A model generated the notes under the pieces. That model made no database searches and had not been told where the DNA came from. It was given only the letters and a program-made list of their open reading frames with translations. From positions 8,613-72,612 of the forward strand of contig JAGBCS010000002.1 of the NCBI GenBank assembly GCA_017937885.1: a stretch of DNA of 64,000 nt, given 5' to 3'. Within the stretch, counting starts at the first letter, position 1; each line of letters starts with the position of its first letter. Source of the stretch: Bacteroidales bacterium (GTDB taxonomy: Bacteria; Bacteroidota; Bacteroidia; Bacteroidales; UBA932). Position numbers and translations under genes: made by a program. Positions 1-11,546 of this stretch are shown here, in pieces.

Positions 1-362
1 GCAGGTACATAGGTAAGCTGGAGTACGAATATTGGCGTCTTGCGCAGCCTCTCAGACGTATAATCGAGAGTAAGGTGGGCAAGGTCGGATCAGGATTCTA
101 CGGTGAATTCAAGGAATACGGTCTATACATATTCTGCAAGGATCATCTCAACGAAGAGGAGGTCATCCTCACAATGGAATACACATCCGACCTTCAAAGG
201 AATCTTGATGTGAAGTATTCGAAGATGTATCTTTCACTGATTGACCGTCTTTATGTATGCGACCTGTCCGGTGCAGGCACCCTTGACGGTAAAACAGAAT
301 GCACATCCTACGACATTAGCCGCAAGATGTGCAAGGATTTCTTTCTACGTTCGCTGGACTAG
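1..362 (+). CDS. Hypothetical protein, 5'-truncated by the window edge
   Basis: Frame 3 is open from position 3 (RYIGKLEYEYWRL...) to TAG 360-362. No recognisable motif. The stop overlaps the natural pyrF stop. Confidence 0.55.
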   Translation, partial: RYIGKLEYEYWRLAQPLRRIIESKVGKVGSGFYGEFKEYGLYIFCKDHLNEEEVILTMEYTSDLQRNLDVKYSKMYLSLIDRLYVCDLSGAGTLDGKTECTSYDISRKMCKDFFLRSLD

Positions 363-1201
363 AGATTTGCAGTCTTCGCTGCGACCTCTCCTGCAACTTT
401 CGCGTAGTTCTCCGTATTGTCAGCGAAAAGGATGCCTCGTGACGAATTGATCAGGAGGCCGCCGTGGTCATTTGCGCCATGCGCAATCACCTCCTCAGCT
501 GAGCCACCCTGGGCTCCGACGCCCGGCACAAGGAAGAAGTTGTCCGGACAGAAACTGCGGAGTTACTCAAGCTTGTCTGCCTTTGTCGCTCCGATGACGA
601 ACATCATGTTGTCAGGAGTCGAAATCTCCATAATTTCTTCCATCACGGCCTGATAAAGCGGCTTTCCATCTTTCTGAGCGGTCTGGAACTGATATGCGGA
701 AGCATTTGAGGTCAAGGCAAGAACGATAGCCCACTTATCCTTATACTCGAGGAAAGGCGTAACACTGTCTGCTCCCATATACGGAGCGATAGTCACTGCA
801 TCGAAGTCCATTTCCTCAAAGAAGGCCTTTGCATACATCTTTGCAGTATTTCCTATGTCCCCCCTCTTCGCATCTGCAATCAGGAAGATCTCAGGATACT
901 TCGAACGGATGTAATCTACAGTAGCATCCAGAGCACGCATACCGTCGATACCATAGCACTCGTAGAATGCAAGGTTTGGCTTATATGCCACGCAATGCTC
1001 GGCTGTCGCATCGACTATAGCCCTGTTGAATTCTACTATAGAACGGGCCTTACCCTTGAAAAGTTCACCTTTCACAGCAAGCTCGCCGCTGTTCGCCAAA
1101 GCCTTGACATGCTCCGGCATCTTATCGAAATCTACATCCAGGCCGACGCAGAGCATGCTCTTCTTCGCCTGTATCTGCTGGAATAATTCTTTTCTGTTCA
1201 T
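359..1201 (-). pseudogene. pyrF: Orotidine-5'-phosphate decarboxylase interrupted by an in-frame TAA at 563-565 (nonsense mutation or sequencing error)
   Basis: LCVGLD, YKPN and DAKRGDIGNT motifs. After ...KADKLE-TAA the same frame continues LRSFCPDNFFLVPGVGAQGG...INSSRGILFA to TAG at 359-361, giving 280 codons before the final stop. Confidence 0.85.
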
Positions 1202-1221
1202 ATTTGAAGTCTCCTTACTGA

Positions 1222-1341
1222 GCAGATCCTGAGGTATAGGGGTGTAAAACTAAATCCCTCCCACGCCGAAGGCGCGGGCCCCTCCCATTCACGAGGGCCA
1301 TGGGCGGCCACGGTTTTACACCCCTATACCTCAGAATCTGC
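1222..1341 (-). repeat. Structured intergenic repeat element, copy 1 (29-nt terminal inverted arms, 62-nt core)
   Basis: Arms 1222-1250 and 1313-1341 are complementary, with one U.G on the minus strand. The core is nearly identical to 36053-36114. Confidence 0.9.
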
Positions 1342-1352
1342 CATATATGATC

Positions 1353-2699
1353 TTAATAATATCTATAGAACAATGCGATTGCCTCCATTCCGGCGTAGAG
1401 CTGCTTGAGAAGATAGCTTTCGTTTGGAGAATGGATCGTGTCACGCTCGAGGCCGAAGCCCATGAGAAGAGGATCTATCTGCAGGATACGCTGGAGATCA
1501 GCAAGGATAGGGATCGAACCGCCGCCACGTGAAGGAACAGGCTCGATTCCATATACCTCTGTCATAGCCTTTTCCGCAGCCTTGTAAGCCGGTGAAGATA
1601 TCGGTATCAGGAAGCCGTCGCCGCCATGATGAGGAATGACCTCGACCTTGACATAGTCCGGTGCGATCGAAAGGAAATGCTCAGTAAAGAGCCTTGTGAT
1701 CGTCTCGCTGTCCTGATCAGGCACAAGTCTCATTGAAATCTTGGCATGAGCCACTGAAGGAAGAACGGTCTTCGCACCCTCACCGATGTAGCCTCCCCAG
1801 ATTCCGTTTACATCAAGGCATGGTCGGATGCCCGTACGCTCAAGCGTTGTGTAGCCGGTCTCACCCTTCACCTCCTTGATGTCAAGGAACTCCTTATACT
1901 CTTCGAGATCGAATGGAGCACGTGAGAGTTTTGCCCTATCCTCATCGGACAGAACAACTACATCATCATAGAAACCCTTGACGGTGACATGTCCATCCTT
2001 GTCGATCAGAGACGATATCATGTCGCATAGCACATTGATAGGATTTGCTACTGCACCGCCGTAATGTCCGGAATGCAGATCCTTGTCAGGTCCCGTAACC
2101 TTCACCTCCACATAAGAAAGTCCCCTCATGCCGCAATTGATGGAAGGCACTGACTCTGAAATCATTGTCGTATCTGAAACAAGAATGATGTCAGCTGCAA
2201 GCATATCCTTGTGCTCCTTTGCCCACGCCGCAAGCGAAGGACTTCCTATCTCCTCCTCGCCTTCGAGAATGAACTTCACGTTATGCTTGAGACCTCCCTC
2301 GCGAACCATGAACTCAAATGCCTTTATATGCATGAAGAGCTGACCCTTGTCATCATTGGCACCACGAGCGTATATTGCTCCATCCCTGATCTCCGGTTCA
2401 AACGGATCCGAATGCCAAAGTTCGATCGGATCGACAGGCTGCACATCGTAATGTCCATATACGAGCACAGTCGGCAGCGAAGGATCGACTGTCTTCTGGC
2501 CGAAGACAACAGGATGTCCTGTAGTCGGATAGACTGCAGCCTCATCTGCTCCGGCTTCCATCAGCAGTTCGACGAGCCTTTCCGCACAACGCTGCATATC
2601 AGGCTTATGCTGATCAAGAGAGCTTACGGAAGGAATCCTCAGAAGGGAGAAAAGTTCCTCAAGGAAACGTTCTCTGTGGGTTTCAATGTAATGTTTCAT
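1353..2699 (-). CDS. M20 family dipeptidase (ArgE/DapE-like)
   Basis: YGHYDVQP, ARGANDDKGQ, EGEEEIGS, DLHSG and IHSPNE motifs. Confidence 0.9.
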   Translation of the reverse strand: MKHYIETHRERFLEELFSLLRIPSVSSLDQHKPDMQRCAERLVELLMEAGADEAAVYPTTGHPVVFGQKTVDPSLPTVLVYGHYDVQPVDPIELWHSDPFEPEIRDGAIYARGANDDKGQLFMHIKAFEFMVREGGLKHNVKFILEGEEEIGSPSLAAWAKEHKDMLAADIILVSDTTMISESVPSINCGMRGLSYVEVKVTGPDKDLHSGHYGGAVANPINVLCDMISSLIDKDGHVTVKGFYDDVVVLSDEDRAKLSRAPFDLEEYKEFLDIKEVKGETGYTTLERTGIRPCLDVNGIWGGYIGEGAKTVLPSVAHAKISMRLVPDQDSETITRLFTEHFLSIAPDYVKVEVIPHHGGDGFLIPISSPAYKAAEKAMTEVYGIEPVPSRGGGSIPILADLQRILQIDPLLMGFGLERDTIHSPNESYLLKQLYAGMEAIALFYRYY

Positions 2700-2708
2700 G
2701 ATATGTGG

Positions 2709-3923
2709 TTATTTTGATAACTTTTCCTTTGCGTATGCCAACGTAAGCTTGAAGGTCTTCCTGTTTGTTGATGGAGCCTCATACATGGCGTCGGTCATGA
2801 TAGCTTCACAGATGGAGCGGAGTCCTCGGGCTCCAAGTCTGTTCTCGATCGATGTGTCGACTATCAGATCCAGGACTTCAGGCTCAACGATAAGCTTTAT
2901 GCCGTCGAGTTCGAACATCTTCTCGTACTGTCTCATCAGAGCATTCTTCGGTTCAGTAAGGATGCGCTTCAAAGCATCTCTGTCGAGATGGTCGAGATAT
3001 GTGATGACAGGAAGACGGCCGATGATCTCAGGAATAAGACCATATGACCTGAGGTCCTGGGCCTCTACATATCTGAGAAGATTTTCCTTGTCGATCTTCT
3101 GTCTGTTGGATGCTCCGAAGCCGATCACCTGCGTATTAAGTCTCTGCGCGATGCGGCGCTCTATGCCTTCGAATGCTCCTCCGCAGATGAAGAGTATGTT
3201 CTGGGTGTTCACATGGAGAAACTCCTGCTCAGGATGCTTTCTTCCACCCTGCGGCGGCACGTTGACCACGCTTCCTTCAAGAAGCTTGAGCATAGCCTGC
3301 TGCACACCCTCGCCAGACACATCGCGGGTAATTGAAGGATTGTCACTCTTTCTTGCTATCTTATCCAGCTCGTCGATAAAGACAATGCCACGCTCTGCCT
3401 TGGCGACATCGTAGTCAGCCTCCTGCAGAAGGCGTGAAAGAATACTTTCAACATCCTCTCCTACATATCCTGCCTCAGTCAGAACCGTAGCATCCACTAT
3501 AGTGAAAGGAACATTCAGCAGCTTCGCTATAGTCTTGGCCAGCAAGGTTTTACCGGTACCGGTAGGACCAACCATGAGAATATTTGACTTCTCAAGCTCA
3601 AGTTCGGTGGAATCTGACAGATTGTTGTTGAGCCTCTTGTAGTGATTATAGACAGCTACAGAAAGAAGTTTCTTCGCCCTGTCCTGTCCTATCACATACT
3701 GATCAAGATACGCATGTATGTCTTTAGGCTTGTACTCGTTTTCGACCTTACCGAGATCAGCTTTTGGAGCCGAAGTGCGGTCAAAGTCCTTCAGATAGCC
3801 TTCGGCAAGCTTCACACAGTCTGCACAAATGCATGCGTCAAGTCCCTGGAGAAGCAGCGAGACCTCATTCTCGCTTCTTCCGCAGAACATACAGTATCTG
3901 GTGTTCTTCCTATCCTTTGCCAT
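2709..3923 (-). CDS. clpX: ATP-dependent Clp protease ATP-binding subunit ClpX
   Basis: N-terminal C4 zinc finger, [29 protein letters not shown] and IGF loop. Confidence 0.98.
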   Translation of the reverse strand: MAKDRKNTRYCMFCGRSENEVSLLLQGLDACICADCVKLAEGYLKDFDRTSAPKADLGKVENEYKPKDIHAYLDQYVIGQDRAKKLLSVAVYNHYKRLNNNLSDSTELELEKSNILMVGPTGTGKTLLAKTIAKLLNVPFTIVDATVLTEAGYVGEDVESILSRLLQEADYDVAKAERGIVFIDELDKIARKSDNPSITRDVSGEGVQQAMLKLLEGSVVNVPPQGGRKHPEQEFLHVNTQNILFICGGAFEGIERRIAQRLNTQVIGFGASNRQKIDKENLLRYVEAQDLRSYGLIPEIIGRLPVITYLDHLDRDALKRILTEPKNALMRQYEKMFELDGIKLIVEPEVLDLIVDTSIENRLGARGLRSICEAIMTDAMYEAPSTNRKTFKLTLAYAKEKLSK

Positions 3924-3925
3924 GA

Positions 3926-4597
3926 CTACCTGTTCTTCCTTGAAAGGATTTCATCTATCATACCATATTCCTTGGCTTCCTGAGAAGTCATCCAGAAATC
4001 ACGGTCTCCGTCAGCATATATCTTCTCGATCGGCTGACCGGAATGCTCTGATATGATCGTATAGAGTTCCTTCTTCGTCTTCTCGATTTCCTGAGCGGCG
4101 ATGAGAATGTCAGATGCCTGTCCCCTTGCCCCACCGAGAGGCTGATGGATCATCACCCTCGAGTGCGGAAGAGCAGACCTCTTGCCGGGAGCTCCTGCAC
4201 AGAGGAGTACAGACCCCATCGAAGCAGCCATTCCGGTACAGATGGTAGCCACGTCAGGTTCGATGAGCTGCATCGTGTCATAGATACCGAGGCCGGAAGA
4301 CACGACTCCGCCAGGAGTATTCAGATAAAGCGAAATATCACTGTTGCTGTCGCTGGATGCAAGGAACAGGAGCTGTGCCTGGATGATGTTTGCCACATCA
4401 TCATCGATCGGGACTCCAAGGAAGATGATCCTGTCCATCATGAGACGGCTGAAGACATCCATTGAAGCCACATTGAGCTTTCTCTCCTCGATGATCGTAG
4501 GGTTTATGTAACCGTCAAGCACAGACTCATACCTATGCATTGTCATCGAACTGATACGATGCTCCAGTCTTGCGTATTTTTCAAATTCCTTATTCAT
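3926..4597 (-). CDS. clpP: ATP-dependent Clp protease proteolytic subunit
   Basis: [22 protein letters not shown] and MIHQPLGG motifs. Confidence 0.98.
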   Translation of the reverse strand: MNKEFEKYARLEHRISSMTMHRYESVLDGYINPTIIEERKLNVASMDVFSRLMMDRIIFLGVPIDDDVANIIQAQLLFLASSDSNSDISLYLNTPGGVVSSGLGIYDTMQLIEPDVATICTGMAASMGSVLLCAGAPGKRSALPHSRVMIHQPLGGARGQASDILIAAQEIEKTKKELYTIISEHSGQPIEKIYADGDRDFWMTSQEAKEYGMIDEILSRKNR

Positions 4598-4606
4598 GTC
4601 TGATAC

Positions 4607-4635
4607 AAAAAAGGGTCGGCTTTGCGAGCCGACCC
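4607..4635 (-). terminator. Intrinsic terminator or attenuating hairpin between tig and clpP
   Basis: Minus strand reads gggtcggct-cgcaa-agccgaccc followed by tttttt. Confidence 0.75.
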
Positions 4636-4647
4636 GTAGTTATGAAA

Positions 4648-5955
4648 TTAATTCAACTCGCGGAACTTTTCAACCGAGATCTTCTTCTTCTTGAGAGTCA
4701 CGACCTCGCGGACAGCTGCGAATGTCTTCTCGTTCTCAACCTGATCGAGAATCCTTCTGCCCTGCTCCTCCTGAGAGAGGATGTTCTTTGCGAATGCCTC
4801 AAGCTGCTCCTCAGGAACATTGTTCATGCCGTACATTGCGAACTGATATGCTGCAAAGCCCTTTGCGCTTGCAAGAAGGTCAGCCTCCTCGATCTTCACA
4901 TTGTACTTCTCCATAAGGTAGCCGCGTACCATCTGCCACTTGTAATCGATGATGAACAGATCCCAATCCTTCTCGATGTCCTCCATTGTGAACTTACCCT
5001 CGTTCACAACGAATACCCATCTCTTAAGGAACTTCTCTGCGATCTCCACACCAGCTTTCTCAAGGAGATAGTTCTTTGCATCCTTAGAGAAGCGGAAGTC
5101 AGCCTCCTGCGCATACTCTGCACGGATTCTCTCCTCGATCTTGGCGTCGAACTCAGCCTCGGTCTTCACACCGAATATCTTCTCGAAAGTCTCCTCTGTG
5201 AGAGGTGCGTTGACGAAAGTCTTCACGTTCTTCACTGTCATCTTGAACATAGGGTCAAGAGTAGCGAGTTCATCCTTGTTGACCTTGAGCATTGACGCGC
5301 GGTCAGTCTCGTTCTCGAAAGCCTCGTTCACGTTCACATCAAGAACATCACCTGGCTTTACGCCTATGAAAGACTTGCGTGCAGCCTCAGCTACATTGCG
5401 GAGAGCTACATAAGTACCTTCTACCTTTGTCTCACCCTGCTCGAAATCAACGATGATGAAATCGTCCTCCTTTGCAGCCTCACCTTCTTCGAGTGAGCCG
5501 TACTGACGGAGAAGGTTATCCTTCATCTCCTTCTTTGCAGCCTCTGTCACCGTGATGGTATAATAGATGACCTCATCCTCCTTTGAAAGCTCGAATGAAA
5601 TCTCAGGGTTCTGAGCGATATCGAACTTGAAAGTGAAGTCATTGCCTGCTGTCCATACTGCCTCAGGCTGATCCTCGCTTGGAAGCGGCTCACCGAGCAC
5701 GCGGAGGTTGTTCTCCTTGATGAAGTTGTTCAATCCCTCAGCCACGATGTCGTTCACCGAGTCAACGAGAGCCGACTGTCCGTACATCTTCTCCACGAGA
5801 GACATCGGAACCATACCCTTGCGGAAGCCCTTGAACTCCGCCTTCTTCCTGTAATCGTTGAGCTTTTTCTTTCTGCTGTCGGCATAATCCTCGGCAGCTA
5901 CTGCAAGAGTAAGCTCGAGATTGAGATCATCAATTCTGTTCTGTTCAATTTTCAT
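4648..5955 (-). CDS. tig: Trigger factor
   Basis: GFRKGMVP ribosome-binding motif. Canonical tig-clpP-clpX order. Confidence 0.95.
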   Translation of the reverse strand: MKIEQNRIDDLNLELTLAVAAEDYADSRKKKLNDYRKKAEFKGFRKGMVPMSLVEKMYGQSALVDSVNDIVAEGLNNFIKENNLRVLGEPLPSEDQPEAVWTAGNDFTFKFDIAQNPEISFELSKEDEVIYYTITVTEAAKKEMKDNLLRQYGSLEEGEAAKEDDFIIVDFEQGETKVEGTYVALRNVAEAARKSFIGVKPGDVLDVNVNEAFENETDRASMLKVNKDELATLDPMFKMTVKNVKTFVNAPLTEETFEKIFGVKTEAEFDAKIEERIRAEYAQEADFRFSKDAKNYLLEKAGVEIAEKFLKRWVFVVNEGKFTMEDIEKDWDLFIIDYKWQMVRGYLMEKYNVKIEEADLLASAKGFAAYQFAMYGMNNVPEEQLEAFAKNILSQEEQGRRILDQVENEKTFAAVREVVTLKKKKISVEKFRELN

Positions 5956-6051
5956 TTCTATATTATTTTAATCATTTATTCGATTCGTGATGCTTTGGAA
6001 TAGCCCCGAAAAGCCCGCAAAAATAATCAATTTATGCGATATTTCAAAACA

Positions 6052-8103
6052 TTAGTTTCCACCCTTGTTCTTTCTCTTGGGATATACCACGCGCGAGTGA
6101 TACATCTGCTGGAGATAAGTCTTGATCGTCTGCTTCACAGTGACGATTTCCCGGAGGGATATGTCGGCATCAGTAAGCTGTCCGTCAGCAGTCTTGCCGT
6201 CCACAATCCTTTCGACAAGCGCGGAAATGTTGTCGGCCGAATAATCCTTCAGGCTTCTTGATGCCGCCTCGACAGCATCACAGATCATCAGGATTACGTG
6301 TTCCTTGGTAGTCGGCTTGACACCATCGTAATAAAAGTCATCAACGTCTTTCGGATCTCCTCCGTCATTCAGATACTGAGTCAGGAAATAAGCTGCCGGA
6401 GTTGTGCCGTGATGGGTCTTTATGAACTGTACGAGTTCTTCCGGCAGGCTATGCTTTTCAGCGAGAGTAACACCGTCAGCGACATGTCTGATAATATCCT
6501 GGGCACTTTCCTTTGGTGTAAGTCCCGCATGGTACTTGACTCCAGGAGTCTCGTTCTCAGTAAAACACTGGGGATTACTGATTTTACCTATGTCATGATA
6601 GAGGGCCGCAGCACGGATCAGAGGCACATTTGCATCGATCGACCGTGCGGCAGCATCAGCAAGATTCATTACCTGCAGGCAATGCTGGAACGTTCCGGGA
6701 GCCTTATCCGCGAGCATGCGGAGAAGCGGCTGGCTTGTATCGCTCAGGTCGACAAGCTTCGAAGTGGAAACAAGCTTGAATATCTTTTCAAAAAGATAGA
6801 TCAACGGATAACCTGCAACGGAAAGGAGGGCACCAAGCCCCATATCGAGCACAGTACGATAGTCTGCAAGCGACAAGCCTTTCCTGAAACGGAATCCCAT
6901 CCACACGAACACCATGACCACGAAGACGATCAGTGCAGTCACGAACTGAAGCCAGCCTTTGTTGAAATATTCGAACGTCAGAAGGCCGACCGTTCCTGCA
7001 ACCAGATAAATCACGAAAAGCTCCATACCGTCCGGTGCGAATATAAGCATCGGCAGCAGTGAAATGAAGAATACCGAGAAGACCATCCTTCGCGAGAAGA
7101 AAGCCAGCTGATAGAAGACGATCAGCATGAAAGGCATCATATAGAACAGGTTCGGGTTGTACTTCACCACAAGTGAGGTCGCAATCGCCGCAAGCGTGAA
7201 GACCATAAGCAGATAAAGGTACTTGTTATACTGCTCGAAGATCTTTGAGTTGCAGTAATAGATCGCCAGGAAAAGCAGAAGGACAAGCGAGAAGGCGATC
7301 AGGATACTACCCAACCACTGCAGGGCCTTAGGTCCCACATAGCCCACATTCGCGTCAAACTCAGCCTTATACGAATCGAGAAGCTGTTCGATTTCCGCAG
7401 TCACAATCTCCCCTTCCGAGACAATCACCAGTCCGGAACGTACCACACCCTGGGTCCTTGATATATTATCGTAATTCTCGCCATGAACCAGGTCCGTTGT
7501 CTGCTGGTCGAACACAAGGTCCGGAGCGAGCAGATCATTGAGCCCTGTCGCCACATACAGGGAATCCACATTTGTAGAATCAGGACATGCTGCAGCAACT
7601 GCATCCTTCAGAATATATGTCGCCTTTTCAAGGGAATACACTTCAGAAACGGGTACTTTCACCGCCCTCCTGTCCTTCTGGACATAGATCATTCCGTCCA
7701 CGCTCTGCCTTGCGCCATCAGCACCCTGATCCGTCAATGCCGGCAGGACGCCTTTCGAATATATGGCAGTCACGGCATCGGACACGGCAGGCTTGACGAA
7801 GGCATATTCGCCGAAATCCATCGCAGAAAGCTCATTCTGCGAATTCACCGCGACCTTATTGTCAAGGACATAGTATGGGACAACCCTCAGCCATGCCTGC
7901 TCTACTTCCTTCTGGTACTGTTCCTCTGTCTTCAGTACAGGAAAGTCAAACTGGGCGATGAGCGTCTCATACTGCCAAGGCGATCCTTTCCTGTAGTCAT
8001 AATTGAATCTCGAGCTCCTCGGCATTATGGCAACAAGAAGCATAAAGATCAGGATCAGAGGCAGATAAACCTTGAATTTTCTTGGGAAACTGATCTTTTC
8101 CAT
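6052..8103 (-). CDS. Membrane 7TM-HD (HDIG) phosphohydrolase, PgpH-like
   Basis: N-terminal TM helix, extracytoplasmic domain, ~7 TM helices, then APGTFQH, YHDIGK, HHGT and DAVEAASRSL. Likely start is MEKISF at 8103. Confidence 0.88.
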   Translation of the reverse strand: MEKISFPRKFKVYLPLILIFMLLVAIMPRSSRFNYDYRKGSPWQYETLIAQFDFPVLKTEEQYQKEVEQAWLRVVPYYVLDNKVAVNSQNELSAMDFGEYAFVKPAVSDAVTAIYSKGVLPALTDQGADGARQSVDGMIYVQKDRRAVKVPVSEVYSLEKATYILKDAVAAACPDSTNVDSLYVATGLNDLLAPDLVFDQQTTDLVHGENYDNISRTQGVVRSGLVIVSEGEIVTAEIEQLLDSYKAEFDANVGYVGPKALQWLGSILIAFSLVLLLFLAIYYCNSKIFEQYNKYLYLLMVFTLAAIATSLVVKYNPNLFYMMPFMLIVFYQLAFFSRRMVFSVFFISLLPMLIFAPDGMELFVIYLVAGTVGLLTFEYFNKGWLQFVTALIVFVVMVFVWMGFRFRKGLSLADYRTVLDMGLGALLSVAGYPLIYLFEKIFKLVSTSKLVDLSDTSQPLLRMLADKAPGTFQHCLQVMNLADAAARSIDANVPLIRAAALYHDIGKISNPQCFTENETPGVKYHAGLTPKESAQDIIRHVADGVTLAEKHSLPEELVQFIKTHHGTTPAAYFLTQYLNDGGDPKDVDDFYYDGVKPTTKEHVILMICDAVEAASRSLKDYSADNISALVERIVDGKTADGQLTDADISLREIVTVKQTIKTYLQQMYHSRVVYPKRKNKGGN

Positions 8104-8198
8104 AACCAAATAACTATCTTCTTTAAATGCATAGTCAGTGCCGTCACTTGCGCGACGACACTGATGCAATGAAATTCCACCGTCGGGGACAGCGGATA

Positions 8199-9467
8199 TT
8201 ACTTTATGGCCATATCTACGATATCGCCTTCCTCTCCATCGTAGTAGCCTGCGTCAAGCTTCGCACGCACTTCGGTGAATGCCTTGAGCGTACGCTCCAC
8301 ATCCTCCATCGTGTGCGCGGCGGTCGAGATGATACGGAAAATCACCATGCCCTTCGGGATCACCGGATAGATGACCACTGAGCAGAATATACCGTAGTTC
8401 TCACGAAGATCGACAGCCATTCTTGAAGCCTGACCTACACCACCCTTGATCTGCACCGGTGTCACGCATGCCTCAGCAGGTCCGATCTCGAAACCGAGGT
8501 TGCGGAAACCATCCTGAAGAGCCTTTGTGATAGTAAAGAGCTTCTTACGAAGTTCGTCACCTTCCTTGCTCCTGATGATCTCGAGTCTCTTGAGTCCTCC
8601 CTCTACGAGGGCCATCGGAAGAGACTTGGCATAGATCTGCGAACGCATGTTGAAACGGAGGTAGTTGATGATCTTCTTCGGACCTGCGACAAAGCCGCCG
8701 ATCGAAGCCATCGACTTCGCATATGCACCGATATAGAGGTCAACCTCATCCATCACGCCGAAATGCTCCGAAGTACCACGTCCAGTAGGACCCATGTTAC
8801 CGAAGCCGTGAGCGTCATCTATGAGGATTCTGAATTTGTATTTCTTCTTGAGTTCGACAATCTTGTCAAGGAAACCGAGAGCACCGGTCATTCCGTACAC
8901 ACCCTCAGTGATGAGAAGGATGCCTCCGCCTGTCTCCTCGCAGAGACGTGTAGCCCTCTGCAGAGTCTTCTCGCAGCTCTCGTAGTCATTATGACGGAAT
9001 GTCATCCTCTTGCCCATATGCAGACGTGCTCCGTCAATAAGGCATGCATGAGCCTCAGAGTCGTAAACGATAACGTCATGACGGTCCATCAGAGCGTCAA
9101 TGGTAGAAAGGATACCCTGATATCCGAAATTGAAGAGGAAGGCGTCCTCCTTTCTTTCAAATTCTGCAAGCTCTCTTTCGAACCTCTCGTGAAGATCAGT
9201 ATGTCCTGTCATCATTCGGCTGCCCATAGGGTATGCAAGACCCCATTTTGCAGCTGCTTCAGCATCAGCTTTTCTTACCTCCGGATGATTAGCAAGTCCG
9301 AGATAGTTGTTAAGGCTCCATACAAGGACATCCTTGCCCTGAAACTTCATGTGCGGTCCAAGCTCGCCTTCAAGCTTAGGGAACATATAATATCCGAAAG
9401 CCTTAGCCGCATACTGGCCGAGAGGGCCGCCTGAATGCTTTTCAATTCTTTCAAAAATGTCAGTCAT
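8199..9467 (-). CDS. PLP-dependent alpha-oxoamine synthase, probable cysteate acyltransferase (SulA/CapB-like, sulfonolipid synthesis)
   Basis: NNYLGLANHP, DDAHG, PLP lysine in GAYAK251, N-terminal GPLGQY..GYY.FPKLEG, and a Lys in RSQIYAK281SLP. Confidence 0.7.
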   Translation of the reverse strand: MTDIFERIEKHSGGPLGQYAAKAFGYYMFPKLEGELGPHMKFQGKDVLVWSLNNYLGLANHPEVRKADAEAAAKWGLAYPMGSRMMTGHTDLHERFERELAEFERKEDAFLFNFGYQGILSTIDALMDRHDVIVYDSEAHACLIDGARLHMGKRMTFRHNDYESCEKTLQRATRLCEETGGGILLITEGVYGMTGALGFLDKIVELKKKYKFRILIDDAHGFGNMGPTGRGTSEHFGVMDEVDLYIGAYAKSMASIGGFVAGPKKIINYLRFNMRSQIYAKSLPMALVEGGLKRLEIIRSKEGDELRKKLFTITKALQDGFRNLGFEIGPAEACVTPVQIKGGVGQASRMAVDLRENYGIFCSVVIYPVIPKGMVIFRIISTAAHTMEDVERTLKAFTEVRAKLDAGYYDGEEGDIVDMAIK

Positions 9468-9498
9468 AACTGTAATGATTTGGTTTAGTACTTATTCT

Positions 9499-11505
<2,007 letters not shown>

Positions 11506-11546
11506 TTAATTGTCTCAAATCAAACGGACAAATATAGCAATTTTTC

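Noticed and set aside
563-565. Stop-codon reassignment or programmed readthrough as the explanation for the pyrF TAA
   Set aside because: TAA terminates many intact genes in this window (for example clpX, tig and gyrB), and no other gene shows an internal stop.
1251-1312. HDV-like, twister or pistol ribozyme identity for the two-copy element
   Set aside because: I could not map the required P3/L3 or conserved core nucleotides by eye. It is left as an unassigned structure pending cmscan.
8104-8169. Upstream in-frame starts in the ORF track (HD protein; likewise murF 28841, rluA 17647, ROK 56936, MFS 55522, epimerase 39111)
   Set aside because: The extensions overlap neighbouring genes or hairpins. 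Downstream ATGs match the family N-termini and follow AT-rich leaders.
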